This document shows positions 35,169-50,019 of a stretch of 64,000 bases of DNA, one piece after another (the first letter of the stretch is position 1; each line of letters opens with the position of its first letter). Under the pieces are notes generated by a model. It was not told where the DNA came from. It ran no database searches and worked only from the letters and a program-made list of their open reading frames with translations. The DNA lies in the NCBI RefSeq assembly GCF_963921235.1, contig NC_086108.1:26786001-26850000 (forward strand). Reading direction: 5' to 3'. Made by a program: the position numbers and the translations under genes. This stretch comes from Mobula hypostoma. Lineage: Eukaryota.

Positions 35169-35770
35169 TAGATTGTGGGAGGCTTCATCTTTCTGGGGAC
35201 TAGGACATATAGAAAAAGAGAAGTGAAGTTTGAAGGCATCCAGCTTTCAGAAGAACAAATAGGTTGGCCCTGTTCAAGGCAATGCAAAATAAAAATGTTG
35301 CCATGACAACAAAGTTTAAAATAGGAAGTGTGTTTGTTTTACCAGTGATGCCCTACAGTTGTGACAGCTGAACTTTACAAACAAGCACAAGGAAGAGGTG
35401 GACATAATTTGAAATGTAATTTTAGAGAAGGTTTGCTTCAATTGCTTTGTCAACAAGGAGTGCCAGCTGTTCAGTCCCTGGCTAAATATAACTACTTATC
35501 CTTTTTTCTATTCAGACCCCAGACAGAAGCAGACCTCTCTTGGACTTGAAATACAGGTGAATAATAGAATGGAAAAGAACATTGTTTTGATTAAGTGGAA
35601 TGGAAAAGAACTGGAAACCAATAACAAAATGAAGGGATGTGATTCGTGTCAGCCTGGCTATAATTGGAGATCTTGGAGGGATTCAGCCTGTCAACTTAGC
35701 AAAGTTTCAAGTGCTGGTAAATGGGAATGGTATACAGTAGAGAGGTATTGCATGGTCAACATGGACATTA

Positions 35771-36042
35771 GGACATGGTAGCGTAGTGGTTAGCACAATG
35801 CTTAACGTCCAGGTGACCCAGGTTCAATTCCCACCGCTGTCTCTAAAGAATTGGTTTGTTCTCCGTGACTGCATGTATTTCCTCCGAGTGCTCCAGTTTC
35901 CTCCAACAGGTTGGTAGGTTAATTGGTTATTGTAAATTGTCACGTGATGAGGCTAGGGTTAAGTCGGTGGGTTGTTGAGCTGTCCGGCTCGAAGGGCTGG
36001 GAAGGCCTATTCCGTGCTGTATCTCAATAATAAGAAATAAAT
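35771..36042 (+). mobile_element. V-SINE/HE1-like SINE
   Basis: A box TAGCGTAGTGG, B box GGTTCAATTCC, central GGTTAATTGG block, CR1-like tail. Confidence 0.85.
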
Positions 36043-36459
36043 AGAGGCTGAAAGACTATTTTCCAAGCAGTTTGGCTCTGTGACCGTTATTCGGTGCCAT
36101 GTGACTGATTGAATGATTCTGGTGCTGGAGTAATGAGTGTGCTGTGCCAATAATTCTCCATTAATGAGTTTTGCTCTTGAAACAGCCATTTCCCGTGACT
36201 TCACTCATCATTTCAGTCCATTTGATATGACAAGTGCTCATTCTTGCCATGGTTGTGATCTCATTCAATGCCACTGCCTCCAGGGTAAGATCCTCCTTAT
36301 CTCTATTCTAAATTAATATCCCTCTATTCTGAGGTTGTCCTCTGGTCCTAGCCTCCCCCATCATAAGAAGCATCCTCTCCACATCGACTCTATCGAGGCC
36401 TTTCAATATTCAATAGATTTCAATGAGACCCCCATTCATCTAATTTCCAGCGAGTAATT

Positions 36460-37040
36460 TAATTTAGTTAAATTTGAGCTGTTGCATTTTGGTAAGACAA
36501 ACCAGGGCAGGATATACACAGTAAATGAAAGGCCCTGGGGAGCGTGGTAGAGCAAAGAGACCTAGAGTGCAGACGCAGAGTTCCTTGAATGTGGTGACAT
36601 GGGTAGACATGACAAAAGTGTTTGCTTGCTTCACTGATCAGAGTATTATAGGATGTGATGTTACAACAAAGATGAGGAGTGATCCTACAGAGATTTATAA
36701 AATCCTGAGATGCATAGAAGAGGTGAATAACTGTTTTTATTCTGCAGGGTAGGGGAGTACAAAACTAGAGGAAGAGGGAGAAAGTTTGAAAAAGGACAGG
36801 AAGGGCAAATTTTACATATAGATGGTGGTAGGTATATAGAATAAGCTGCCAGAAGGAAAATTGAAGGCAGGTACAATTAAAATAATTAAAGGGCATTTGG
36901 ATTAGGCACATGGTTTCGAGTGCTATGGACCAAACACAGGCAAATTGGACCAGTTCAGGTAGGCATATTGGTCAGCATGAATGAGTTAGGCTGATGGGCC
37001 TGTTTTACATACTGTATTGTTATCACTCTATGATTCCAAG
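36460..37040 (+). mobile_element. Decayed CR1 3' fragment (flanked by antisense CR1 remnants at about 36250-36450 and 37260-37800)
   Basis: TTGCATTTTGGTAAG, AGAGACCTAG, GAGTGATCCTACAGAG, GGGCCTGTTT..CTCTATGATTC tail. Confidence 0.7.
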
Positions 37041-39056
37041 CTCTTTTCACTCTTAGAGTCATTAGGTCCTCTCTCAGTTTCCTGATGTTGTTCCCTCTAT
37101 CTGCTGATGTTCTTACCCCACAGAAGTCATATTAGTTCCATTTCCTATATCTAACAATGTCCAAGTGTCTCTCTGTTCAAATGACTAACACTGGAAATGT
37201 ATGATCCAGAAGTATGTCAAAGGAGAGAGGAAAAGGCAGAGTGTGAGAGAGTTTCAGAGAAATAAATTTCTTAGCCTCTATTTAAATGGCAACCTCTTAC
37301 TTTAAAGTTTCCTTGAGTTTGCAATTCCCTCGCAAATAGAAGCATCCTTTCCATAGCCGTTTTGTCACAGCTCCTCGGGATCCTTTATGGTTTAATCAAG
37401 TCTCGTCTCACTTTTACAATCTTTTGTGAATACAAGCTTAGCCTGTCCAATCATTCAGCATGGAATAACCCATGCTTTCCAGATATTAATCTAAACTTCT
37501 GAACTGCTTCTAATGCATAACCATCCTTCCTTAAATAAGAAGACCTATGCTATGTATAGCTTTCAAATGTTCTCTCACTAATCCCCAATGAGGCAGAATG
37601 AATCTTGGCCTCCCACATTTATAGTCAATTTTCCACATATGCAGAAATTGACTAAAATGTAATATACCAGCCTGCTGTGAAAGAATGATGAGCTCTGTAA
37701 ATGTACAAGCTGTGAGAAGCAAAAGATAGGCATCTGCGTGTTAAGATGATCTTTTCTTACTGACCCCATGTAATTTTTTTAATGGTGCACAAAAATTATG
37801 AATTTCGCAGGAACAACATGCTGGGCTCCAAAATGTCATTGCTGAAACCATTAAAAATACTAAATGGTTAAAAAGCTAATGAGTTAAACACCATCAGAAG
37901 AATCCATTGAAAACACAAGCGTACGGAGAGCCACTTCAGCATCTCAAATACAGGCTTATTTACAGAATGGAGTTTCATCTGTAATACAGTAATGATACTC
38001 TTGACTCAGACTAATACAAACAAACAAAATAAAGATAACAATTCAGAGATAGGAAAGAAAATCCTGAAATTTGTATTAATTCATGTGAAATTCCATTGCA
38101 GCTATTTTATGAAACGTCACCTCATTGTAACTCTCATTATAATTGAAATTGTCTCCTCCCCCCGGAATGTTATTCAAATTGTTACTACGAGTTTAATGTC
38201 TTCCTAAAGAGTTGACACAGATATGCGACAGGCAGTGAGGTAGGGAGAGGAGCGATGAGAGGGTTCAAGTGATTCAGACTGAGTTGTGCTGACTAAGAAC
38301 AGGACATTGTGACCCTCAGTACAGGATCGCAAAAGATGCTGCAGAAGCAGATAACAGGTGGTTGGGCTTTTACTTTCTCTGTAATATCAGTCACAAGTGT
38401 CAGACTGGCATAATCTGGTCAGCCACCAGAAGTCATGCCTACACACGAACCAATATATAAAAATAATTAGGAGAAGGAGTAGGCCATTTGGCCCCTTAAG
38501 CTAGTCCCATCATTGAACAAGAACATGGCTAATCTGCTTTCAAACTCAACCCTGCATTCCGATCCAGCCACAGTAACATTTCACCTCCTTGCTTTTCAAG
38601 GATTTATCTTACCCATTTTGTAAATATTAAAAGAATGCTTCCATTATTTTTTTGTGGAAGAGAATACAAAAATCACCACCTTCCAGATGAAGAAATTTGA
38701 CCCTATGTCTGATTTAAATTGGTGACCCCTGATTTTTAAATAGCAATCCTTAAGTATTATTATATCATCAAGGGATCAATCCCAGGACAATTGTGAGTGA
38801 TCAGCACTCAACTCAGTGCACAGAGGGATTGAAAAAGAGAGAGATTATTGTGATGTCAGCTGCTGCATTAATAATGCTGTAATCTCTTAGCACATGAATA
38901 CCACAAAAGAAAAAACAAACTTTAGGAAACCCCTGGGTTAGACCCTTACTGGATGATGTGTTGTATATGTAGGTAGATTGCAAGAAACAGCAGTCCTATA
39001 GCCTTCCTGATTCTGAAAAATTGACCTCCATTTTCGTCTCGCAGTATGGTGAGCAC

Positions 39057-39250
39057 TTCATTTATTGATTGAGATACAGTGTGGAATAGGCTCTTCTGGC
39101 CCTTTGAGCTGTGCTGCCCAGCAACCCCCGATTTAACCCCAGCATAATCACCAGACAATTTACAATGAACAATTAACCTACCAACTGGTATGCTTTTGGA
39201 CTGAGGGAGGAAACCAGAGCACCCGGAGGAAACCCACTAGCTCACAGGGA
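39057..39250 (-). mobile_element. V-SINE, 5'-truncated
   Basis: Reverse complement of 35870-36042. Confidence 0.8.
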
Positions 39251-40069
39251 GAAGGTATAGACAGCAATGGGCATTTGTGCATAGAGGAGAGACAATGCAA
39301 TGAATAGAAGACATGAAAGGATGGAGAGGCCGTTGAAACTGTTAGGCAAAACGTGAAACACAGAGAGGAATGGCAAGATAAGATCCATGTCAATTGAAAG
39401 ATAATTGCATAATCAAACAAATACTGAGCAAAAAAGGATGAGGTAGCTTGGTTTAGAAAGAACAGAAAAAAGGAGTAGAAACAAGTTTAAGAGACAGTAA
39501 AACAAGCAAGGAGTTAGACTGGAGAATGAACAATATCAAATGACAGAGATACAGAGACTGGTGCTGGGGGACAAAAAGGAAGACGAGTCAAAGCAGGTTA
39601 TAAGAACAAATGAAGGACAAATAGCAATAATGGGAAAACAAGTGGGGAATTGAGAGACAGAATGAAAGAGAGAGCTAACAAAACAGGGAGAAACAATTGT
39701 AGAGTACAACCGACAGACAAAAGTACAGACATAACAAGTAACAATAGGAACCATACTATAACAATAAGAACTGTAACAATAAGTACCAGACAGATACTGA
39801 GAATGAGTAACATGAAAATGCTGTGTGTGACGGGAGAATGAGAGCACAGGATGCATGGCTTAAGAGACAGAAAAGTAGTGGTGACAATGGAAGCAAGTGT
39901 GTGCGGACTTCCCCCTACTTACTCAGCACACAGCTGTCTGACTGAGAAACTCTAATAAAATGCATGAACAACATTTCCACATTGCTGCTAAGATGGCTGA
40001 AAATGACTCTAAAATATCACAAAATGGAGGAAGAGTATCCTGAAGGGAGAGTGTTAAAAGATAGGCTTG

Positions 40070-40680
40070 ACTCACATCAGTGCTCTAGCAGCTGGAATGT
40101 ACAAGTAGGGAGGTTTTCATAAGGTGTACAGAGTGTTGGTGGGGCCACACCTGGAGCACTGTTCACAGTTTTAATCTATTTACCTAAAAATGGGCATACT
40201 GTGAAAGTGTTGAAGCAGATTCACTGGCTAATTTCTGGGATGAGAGGTTGTTCTATCAACTGAGGAGAGGCAGCCTGAGCCTGTATTCTTTGAAGTTTAG
40301 AAGAATGAGAAGTGACCTTTTTAAAACATATAAAATCCTAAAAGAGTTTGACAGGGAGGATGTTGTGATGCTTTCATGAATACAGAGTCATAGGGGTTTA
40401 AGGGGGCATAGCTACAAAATTAGAGATTAGCCATTTAAAACTGAGGTGTGTAGGAATTCCTTCTGTTAAAGGGCAGTGTATCACTGAGACTCTATGCTCC
40501 CTGCCCCCCAGGTGATGAATGTCAGATCATTCGATATATTTAATCTGGAAATCAATAAATATTTGAAAGATGGGGAACTGCTGCAGAAGAGTTGAAGGCA
40601 GCATAGAGCAGGCAGAATCACGTTGAATGGTGGGAGAGGCATGAGGAGCCGAGAGGCGTACTCTTGCTTTTTTATGTTTT
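40070..40680 (+). mobile_element. Decayed CR1 3' fragment
   Basis: GGCCACACCTGGAGCACTG (RPHLE-like), TTTAGAAGAATGAGAAGTGAC, CR1-type 3'UTR. Confidence 0.75.
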
Positions 40681-41330
40681 TGAAAAATAGTTCTTTAAAA
40701 GCTGGTGTTAAAACTATTCTCCTCTCCATCCAACTTTGAGGCTCTGCCTCTGTTTCCCTACTTGGATGACAGTCAGAAATGTTTGGTGGTGCAGATTCCT
40801 CAGCCAGCTAAAACAAAGAAATCTCTGTATCTGTTGAGCATTGTCACAGGGTCTGTTTTGAATCTGATTTGTGGGAGCTGGAAGTTGTTATTCCTGCAAG
40901 ATGGACTCCGAACACGTGAAAGCTTTATCTCAGTTCAGTAATGCCTAACTAGATTTACAGCTGATTGTAGTTGGGATTCAGTGCTTCCTGACTATGGTCC
41001 AGCCATAATTGTGTTACACCACTCATTCTGGATTTTATCAACGAGAAAACAGCTCCTTTCATCCAATCAAATTAATTTAATCATCCACAATGGACTGGCA
41101 CTTGCATGGCAACACAAGTCTTGTTCTTCACATTTGCATAACATTGCCATCATGATTGAAGTTTTTTTAACATCTGGAACCTGCCCTACGTGTAATCTAG
41201 TCCTATACATCCTTCCTGATGTGTGCTGTCCAGTACTGAATACAGTATTCAACAGCTAATCCAACCAGAGACATACGGAACTATATTTAGATCTAATTCT
41301 ACCTTTTTTCTTGCCCTCTTGGGATAACGG

Positions 41331-41765
41331 TGTCAGGGCATTGGAGAAGGGATCCAACTGCAGACCCAGTACCATGCACACAGTGATATTAATTGAGTCA
41401 CAAATCACAAGGTGCAAACAAAGTTGGCGTCAAAGTTCAGACAGAGATCAAAACATCCAGAGAAATCCAAAAACCAGAATCGGGAAAAAGTCAGAATCGA
41501 TATTCAGACGGACAGACCACAGATATGAATGCTGAAAAGGCTCTGGAAAATTCACTGGCATAATCTGGCAACAAACAGGTGACAGGACTGGAGTACACTG
41601 AGTAATAAGCAGAGAGGCAGATGATCAGTGGAGAACAGTGGCAGCAAAACAGGTAATAATGAGAAACAGGTGGGCGGCGGAGTACTCAGTGATACAGGGG
41701 CCAGTGTAGAGCAGGAGTGGGGACAGGAGCACATGGGGCATGAAAACAAACAAGAGCACATGACA
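41331..41765 (-). mobile_element. Probable solo LTR
   Basis: TGTCAGG..CATGACA termini and strong A/G strand bias as in fish Gypsy LTRs; no clear TSD. Confidence 0.4.
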
Positions 41766-42061
41766 GTACAAAACCACAGACTGACGGCTAGGGGGAAAAA
41801 GTTCAAAAAGTTCAAATGGATGTATTTACAAACAGACACCATTCGATTAGTTGTAGTTATACTGTCATTCAGTGACTGTTCCTGAATACTACCATTATTC
41901 TACTCCTCTATTGGTCCTTCTCCATTATTTTGGCCTCCCCTGATTGGAACAATCTCACACTATCCTACACTTACCAATATCTGCCACAGTTATGCCTACT
42001 TTCTTAAACTATTAGTGTCGCCCTGCGATATTCTCCTCCATGCCATGTATCATTTCACTTA

Positions 42062-44762
42062 ATATAACCATATAACAATTACATCATGGAAACAGGCCAT
42101 CTCAGCCCTTCTAGTCCATGCCGAACTCTTACTCTCACCTAGTCTCACCAACCTGCACTCAGCCCATAACCCTCCATTCCTTTCCTGTCCATATATCTAT
42201 CCAATTTAACTTTAAATGACAACATTGAACCTGCCTCAACCACTTCTGCTGGAAGCTCGTTCCACACAGCTACCACTCTCTGAGTAAAGAAGTTCCCCCT
42301 CATGTTACCCCTAAACTTTTGCCCTTTAACTCTCAACTCATGTCCTCTTGTTTGAATCTCCCCCACTCTCAATGGAAAAAGCCTATCCATGTCAACTCGA
42401 TCTATCCCCCTCATAATTTTAAACACCTCTATCAAATGCCCCCTCAACCTTCTACGTTCCAAAGAATAAAGACCCAACTTGTTTAACCTTTCTCTGTAAC
42501 TTAGGTGATGAAACCCAGGTAACATTTGTAAATCTTCTCTGTACTCTCTCTATTTTGTTGACATCTTTCCTATAATTCGGTGACCCAAACTGTATACAAT
42601 ACTCCAAATTTGGCCTCACCAATGCCTTGTACAATTTCAACATTACATCCCAACTACTATACTCAATGCTCTGATTTATAAAGACTGGCATACCAAAAGC
42701 TTTCTTTAACACCCTATCCACATGAGATTCCACCTTCAGGGAACTATGCACCATTATTCCTAGATCCCTCTGTTCTACTGCATTCTTCAATGCCCTACCA
42801 TTTACCGTGTATGTCCTATTTTGATTAGTCCTACCAAAATGTAGCACCTCACATTGATCAGCATTAAAGTCCATCTGCCATCTTTCAGCCCACTATTCTA
42901 ACTGACCTAAATCTCTCTTCAAGCTTTGAAAACCTACTTCATTATCCACAACTCCACCTATCTTAGTACAGTATCATCTGCATACTTACTAATCCAATTG
43001 ACCACCATATCATCCAGATCATTAATGTATATGACAAATAACATTGGACCCAGTACAGATCCCTGAGCCACACCACTAGTCACTGGCCTTCTATCTGACA
43101 AACAGTTATCCACCACCACTCTCTGGTGTCTCCCATCCAGCCACTGCTGAATCCATTTTACTACTTCAATATTAATACCTAATGATTGAACCTTCCTAAC
43201 CAATCTTCTGTGTGGGACCTTGTGAAAGGCCTTACTGAAGTCCATTTTCACAACATCCACCGCTTTACCCTCGTCATCTTTCCTAGTAAACTCTTCAAAA
43301 AATTCAATAAGATTTGTCAAACATGACCTTCCATGCACAAATCCATGTTGACTGTTCCTAATCGGACCCAGTCTATCCAGATAATTATATATACCATCTC
43401 TAAGAATACTTTCCATCAATTTACCCACCACTGACGTCAAACTCACAGGCCGATAATTGCTAGGTTTACTCTTAGAACCCTTTTTAAACAATGGAACCAC
43501 ATGAGCAATATGCCAATCCTCCAGCACTATCCCTGTTTCTAGTTACACTTGAAATATTTCTGTCAGAGCCCCTGCTATTTCCACACTAACTTCCCTCAAG
43601 GTCCTAGGGAATATCCTGTCAGGACCTGGAGACTTGTCCACTTTTATATTCCTTAAAAGTGCCAGTACTTCCTCTTCTTTAATCATCATAGTTTCCATAA
43701 CTTCCCTACCTGTTTCCCTTATCTTACGCAATTCAATATCCTTCTCCTTATTGAATACCGAAGAAAAGAAATTGTTCAGAATCTCCCCCATCTCTTTTGG
43801 CTCCACACATAGCTGTTCACTCTGATTCTCTAAGGGACCAATTTTATCCCTCACTATCTTTTTGCTATTAATATAACGGTAGAAACCATTGGGATTTATT
43901 TTCACCTTACTTGCCAAAGCAACCTCATATCTTCTTTTAGCTTTTCTAATTTTTTTAAGATTCTTTTTACATTCTTTATATTCCTCGAGCACCTCATTTA
44001 CTCCATGCTGCCCATATTTATTGTAGATATCTCTCTTTTTCCAAACCAAGTCTCCAATATCCCTTGAAAACCATGGCTCTCTCAAACTTTTAACCTTTCC
44101 TTTCAACCTAACAGGAACACAAAGATTCTGTACTCTCAAAATTTCACCTTTAAATGACCTCCATTTCTGTATTACATTCTTCCCATAAAACAAATTGTAC
44201 CAATCCACTCCTTTTAAATCCTTTTGCATCTCCTCAAAGTTAGCCTTTCTCCAATCAAATATCTCAACCCTTGGTCCAGACCTATCCTTCTCCATAATTA
44301 TATTAAAACTAATAGCATTGTGATCACTGGACCCAAAGTGCTCCCCAACACATACCTCCGTCACCTGACCTATCTCATTCCCTAACAGGAGATCCAACAT
44401 TGCCCCTTCTCTAGTTGGTACATTGATGTATTGCTGCAAAAAACTATCCTGCACACATTTTACAAACTCCAAAACATCCAGCCCTTTTACAGTATGGGCT
44501 TCCCAGTCTGTGTGTGGAAAATTAAAATCTCCCACAATCGCAACCTTGTGCTTACTACAAATATCTGCTATCTCCTTACAAATTTGCTCCTCCAATTCTC
44601 GCTCCCCATTTGGTGGTCTATAATACACACCCATAAGTGTTACTACACCTTTCCCATTCCTCAATTCCACCCAAATAGCCTCCCTAGATGAGCCCTCTAA
44701 TCTATCCTGCCAGAGCACCGCTGTAACATTCTCTGACAAGCAATGCAACAACTCCCCCTCTT
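42062..44762 (-). mobile_element. CR1 LINE, near-complete ORF2 with few lesions
   Basis: ORFs 43543-44751 (YYRPP, VGDFN, SDHN), 42958-43527 (MDFSKAF, QGSVLGP, YADD), 42452-42874, 42145-42525; (GTTATATG)n-type tail. Confidence 0.95.
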
Positions 44763-46879
44763 GACTTGACCTTGTTTATTTATAAACTTTGCTATATAAC
44801 TGTCTAATTCTTCAGCTTAGTTACTGATGAACATGATGAAAAACCAAAGTGCAAGAACAGACATGCAAGGTCACCATTGCTCCACTCCTTCCATTCTGGT
44901 AGATATACCCATTAACTTAGTTCTGCTTTCCATTTCTGAGCTATTCGTCTAACAAGCTCAAGAGTTAAGTCCCAGTCAACATTTTCCTGATTTGTTCATG
45001 ACCTTGCTCGGAATTAAATTATAAAATAATATTTATTGTAGGTCTGTAAAGCCTTTCTTTCTTTCTGTTTCATTACAGAGTAACAAATTATTGCAAGCAA
45101 GGATTTTATGGAACAAACAATGAACTATTTGCTTTTTTTGCAAACTATTTGCAATGATTATTAAAAATCGTTTATTTAATAGAACAACAGCAAATATTCA
45201 TAGTCAGGCTTATTAAACTACCAGACACAGCAGAAGTCAGGGAGATGCATAGCAAGTTAGGAGGCATCTATGAAAAGAGATACATGTAAATGATAATTCT
45301 GATGAATGTTAATTGTTTCTTTCCACAGATGCTAACTGATCTGCTGAGTGATTCTAGCATTTTCTGTTTTTATTTCTGCTCTCTCACATCAGTGGAAGGA
45401 CTTTCCTCTTTGATTTTCACAATAAAAATTACGTTCTGCATGCTTAGATTAAATGAGCTGGGATCTGGAAGTCTAGAAGCTCATGCACTCCATACACTGA
45501 TACACTCAGCAAACATACTGTCATCTTTCAACAATTTCTGTAGAAATTGAAATTTAATTCCTCATTTACTCATAATGTAAAAATACTGCCCTTTATCACA
45601 GAAAGCGTGAACGCTGAACTTTACTTTTTCAACTGACCAAGAAAATTTAGAAAAGAACTAACTTGGTGAAAACTCTCATGTAAAAATGAAATAATGATTA
45701 AAGTCAAACTTTAGAGTGGATTGCCAGTGCAAGTACACGGCACAAGGCCATTGACACATTAGTCACAAACATTAGAGGGCTATGCCATGAATCCCATTGG
45801 ACATTCAGATAACCCAAAGGTGGTTTGACTGATGGCAGCCATTAGCCATGCAAGGGAAGAAAGCAGGTGCCGGCCCAGTAGAAGCATCAGATTAATGATA
45901 CCCAACCTGCCCATCCAACTATGTTCAGTCAACTTGCAAACTATTGTACAAGGACACAAGGTCTTTGTGGAGTTGATTGATTTGCAAGTGTGTTAATAGT
46001 AGAAACAGTTCAGAGCTATAAAACATTACAAACCTCCATGGTTTTTTACATTGCTACATATAGCCAGAACAAACAACCAAGTTTGTCAACTCAAATGAAG
46101 GAAAAGCCGGTGTACATTACAAATACAAAATCAGTAAGAGGATAAGGGAGGAAAGAGAAGAGCAAGAATGTAACTCATTTACGTGTGTGTGGAAGTACTA
46201 AGATAGGAAATGAATGTTAGTAAATGCAGTGCATCTGTCGACATTAATGTGCTGTATGTTTGGACACTGGATCATGGTTCAGGAACCTACAGAATTCATT
46301 TTTTCCAAAAGAAGCTCTGCGACAATCAGTGAATTACCCCTCAATTGCAAAGTCTTCTATGTTCATTCATGTATAGAACATCCAAACATGTGTCATGCTA
46401 TCATACAGCATCAATGCACACCCGGTTTCCATGTCCTTATTCATTGGTCCATAGAGTCTGCAGGGATAGATAGTCTCACCTGCACTAATGATCCCTGACT
46501 ACTCACACTTACTCCCAGGAACATTTTGATTGCTAATGCTCCATTCACCAGCCTGCCTCCACCTCATATCTGTTTTTATTATGAACAGCAGAGCAGAACA
46601 TCCATTGGCCCTGGACTTCCCCCTTGTTCCACTAACATGCAAACCTTTTTGGCTACTTCATGCATTATCGAATTTCCCACCCACAGGCATTTGTTTAAAA
46701 AAGCAACTGCTTAACATATTGTTCCAGGCACTAGCAAACTTCTAGACTATTGTATTTAAATATAAGGAATGTGAGAAATTAGGTGAGCTGGGCAAAATGA
46801 AAATGGAAATATTAAAGGTACCTTTGAAAGCAAATAAGTACCAGGCTTAGATTAAGTGTAAGATTATGGTTTAGTAGCA

Positions 46880-47075
46880 GATGGTTTGGTAGTTATTCCC
46901 ACTCTCTCACAGCTTGAAGAAACCAGGTTCCATCCTAACCTTCAGGGCTGTCTGTGTGGAGTTCTCACATTCTCTCTGTGACTATCTGGTTTTCCTCCGG
47001 GTGCTCTGATTTTCTTTTACATCCAAAAATTTGTGGGTTGGTAGCTTAATTGACCACTGTAACTTGCAGCCAGCA
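46880..47075 (+). mobile_element. V-SINE remnant
   Basis: CCAGGTTCCATCC, GTGTGGAGTT, TTTCCTCCGGGTGCTC, TTAATTGACCACTGTAA. Confidence 0.7.
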
Positions 47076-47499
47076 TTTAAGTGAAAGTCCTTTGAACTAT
47101 TTGTTAATGGGTCTGAATGACAGAAACAGTGAAAACCAGTTCAAATAAACTTAAATAGGCAGCACAAAAATAAGAAGCTGCTGAAGCACTTGGCTTTCAT
47201 TCACCATCTGGACTAAGAATCAAGGTTCTTCTTTGAACTGAGTGCATAATTCAGTGTAAATGTTACAGATTGGCGATTTAACAGATTGTTTTGATTCTGG
47301 AAGTCAGCTGTAACATATAGGACAAAGTTTCTAACTAACAGCTCAAATGCTCAAAGTCTTGATAATGAGAAAATTCTTCCCTTGAAGGGTTTAGAACTTT
47401 TGGAATCTTTTTTTCAAGAGAACTGTAGAGGACGCTGTTATGAACATTTAAGTCTGAGATAGATTTTTGGACCTCAGAGGAATCAATGTTCAAGCTAGC

Positions 47500-47890
47500 A
47501 CAATGTCTGTTCGTACTTCTGCCATCAGGAAGAAGCTGCAGGAGCCTCAGGGCTTACACCACCAGACTGAGAAACAGTTATTAACCCTCAGCAATCAGGC
47601 TCTTGAATCAAAGGGGATAACTTCACTCAACTTCACTTGCCCCATCACTGAACTACTCCCACAGCATATCGACTCACTTTCAGAGACTCTTCACATAATT
47701 TTGATAATTATTGCTTATTCATTTTCATTATTTCTTTTGTATTTGCACAGTTTTCAGTTTTTTTGCACAGCGGTTGTCTGTTCTGTTGGGTACAGTCTTT
47801 CATTGATTCTATTATGATTGCTGTATTTAGTGAGTATGCCCGCAAGAAAACTATGTACTTTGATAATAAATTTACTTTGAACTTTGAAGT
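47500..47890 (+). mobile_element. Rex1/Babar 3' end
   Basis: GCCATCAGGAAGAAG..GGAGCCTCAG; AATAAATTTACTTTGAACTTTGA tail. Confidence 0.65.
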
Positions 47891-47998
47891 AGATCAGGCA
47901 GTGTAGTTTAAGACAATGAGCAGATTAGCCACGATACTCGTGAATAGTGGAGCAGGCTTGATGGGCCAAGTGGTCTGCAATGCTACTATTCCTTAAAT

Positions 47999-49325
47999 TC
48001 AGAATCAGAATCAGGTTTATTATCACTGGTATGCATGTGTAATGAAATTTATTAACTTAGCAGCAGCAGTTCAATGCAATACATGATATAGAAAAAGAAA
48101 AAGAAAAAAACAAATAAATAAATCAATCAAAGTAAAAGTATATTGAATAGATTTAAAATTGTGCAAAAAGCAGAAATAATATATATTAAATAGTGAGGTC
48201 GTGTTCACGGGTTCAATGTCCATTTAAGAATCAGATGGCGGAGGGGAGGAAGCTGTTCCTGAATTGCTGGGTGTGTGCCTTCAGGCTTCTGTACCTCCTA
48301 CCTGATGGCAACAGTGAGAAAAGGTGATGCCCTGGGTGCTGGAGGTCCTTAATAATGAATGTTGCCTTTCTGAGACACCGCTCCTTGAAGATATCCTGGG
48401 TACTTTGTAGACTAGAACCCAAAATAGAGTTGACTAGATTTACAACCCTCTGCAGCTTCTTTCGGTCCTCTGCAGTAGCCCCCCACACCTGCCAGTGATG
48501 CAACCTGTCAGAATGCTCTCCACGGTACATCTATAGAAATTTATTTGTTGACATACCAAATCTCTTCAAACTCCTAATGAAGTATAGATGCTGTCTTGCC
48601 TTCTTTACAACTGCATCAATATGTTGGGACCAGCTTAGGTCCTCAGAGATCTTGACACCCAGGAACTTGAAACTGCTCACTTTCTTCACTTCTGATCCCT
48701 CTATGAGGATTGGGATGTGTTCCTTCATCTTACCCTTCCTGAAGTCCACAATCAGCTCTTTCGTCTTACTGACGTTGAATGCAAAGTTTTTACTGTGACA
48801 CCACTCCACTAGTTGGCAAATCTCGCTCCTGTACGTCCTCTCATTTGCATCTGAGATTCTACCAACAAAGGTTGCATCATCAGCAAATTTATAGATGGTA
48901 TTTGAGTTGTGTCTAGCTACAGAGTCATAGGTATAGAGAGAGTAGAGCAGTGGGATAAGCACACATCCTTGAGGTGCACCAATGTTGATCGTCAGCGAGG
49001 AGAAGATATTATCACCAATCTGCATAGGTTATAATCTTCTGGTAGGAAGTCGAGGATCTAATGCAGAGGGAGGTACGCAGGCCCAGGTTCTGTAACTTGT
49101 CAATCAGAATTGTAAGAATGATGGTGTTAACTGCTGAGCTATAGTCGAAGAACAGCATCCTGACATAGGTGTTTGTATTGTCCAGGTGGCCTAAGGTCAT
49201 GTGAAGATCCAGTGAGATTGCATCTGCCATTGACCTATTGTGGTGATAGGCAAATTGCAGTGGCAGGAGTTCAGTCTAGTCATGACCAACCTCTCAAAGC
49301 ATTTCATCACTGTAGATGTGAGTGC
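47999..49325 (-). mobile_element. Rex1/Babar LINE
   Basis: [55 protein letters not shown]; (ATTCTG)n tail. Confidence 0.92.
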
Positions 49326-49519
49326 TTCTTATATTCCTGTATTCCTAAGAAGATTCCTTTGGGATTTTCAGTGTTATAAGTGGCTGATGTACATCTTAAT
49401 TCCATTCGTCTGAATTTGGCCCATCTCCCCTGACACCAACCTACCATTCTCGACCATTTGATGAGATTGTATCCATGGAAGAAAAAAAATGCAGTTGATG
49501 GTGATCCGAAGGAAAACTG

Positions 49520-49875
49520 ATGGCACAGTTAGTAGAGGCATTGCCTCACAAAACCAAAGACCCAGGTTGAGCCTTAATCTCCAATGCTGTCTTCATGGAA
49601 TTGGTACATTATTTCTGTGACTACATGGGTTTCCTCTGGATGCTCAGATTCCCTTTCACATCCCAAATATGTGCAGGTTGCAGGGTTAATTAGCCACTGT
49701 AAATTATCCCTAGTGTGCAGGGGAGTGGGAGAGTATGGAGACAGTTGATGAGAATGTGGGAAGAATAACATAAAAATGTTGGATTAGTGGAAACATATGG
49801 TTGATGGTTGGCATGTACTCAATGCGCTGAATCTCCTTTCTCTGTACTGAACTTCTCCATGATTCTATGACTATG
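49520..49875 (+). mobile_element. V-SINE
   Basis: GGCACAG head, CCCAGGTTGAGCC, GGGTTTCCTCTGGATGCTC, GGTTAATTAGCCACTGTAAATT, CR1-like tail. Confidence 0.75.
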
Positions 49876-50019
49876 AGAAATAGAGAATGCCAGAAGTACT
49901 CAACTTAGCATCTGTGAAAGAGGAGCAGTCAAAGTTTCAGGCACTTTCATTGTTTCTGAACAATGTTTCATTGTTTCAGAAACAGTCAATAACCCTTTGG
50001 CACTTCCACATTTCTGATG

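Noticed and set aside
43543..44751. 402-aa ORF as a host gene
   Set aside because: It is the CR1 ORF2 endonuclease/tether segment of a 5'-truncated copy
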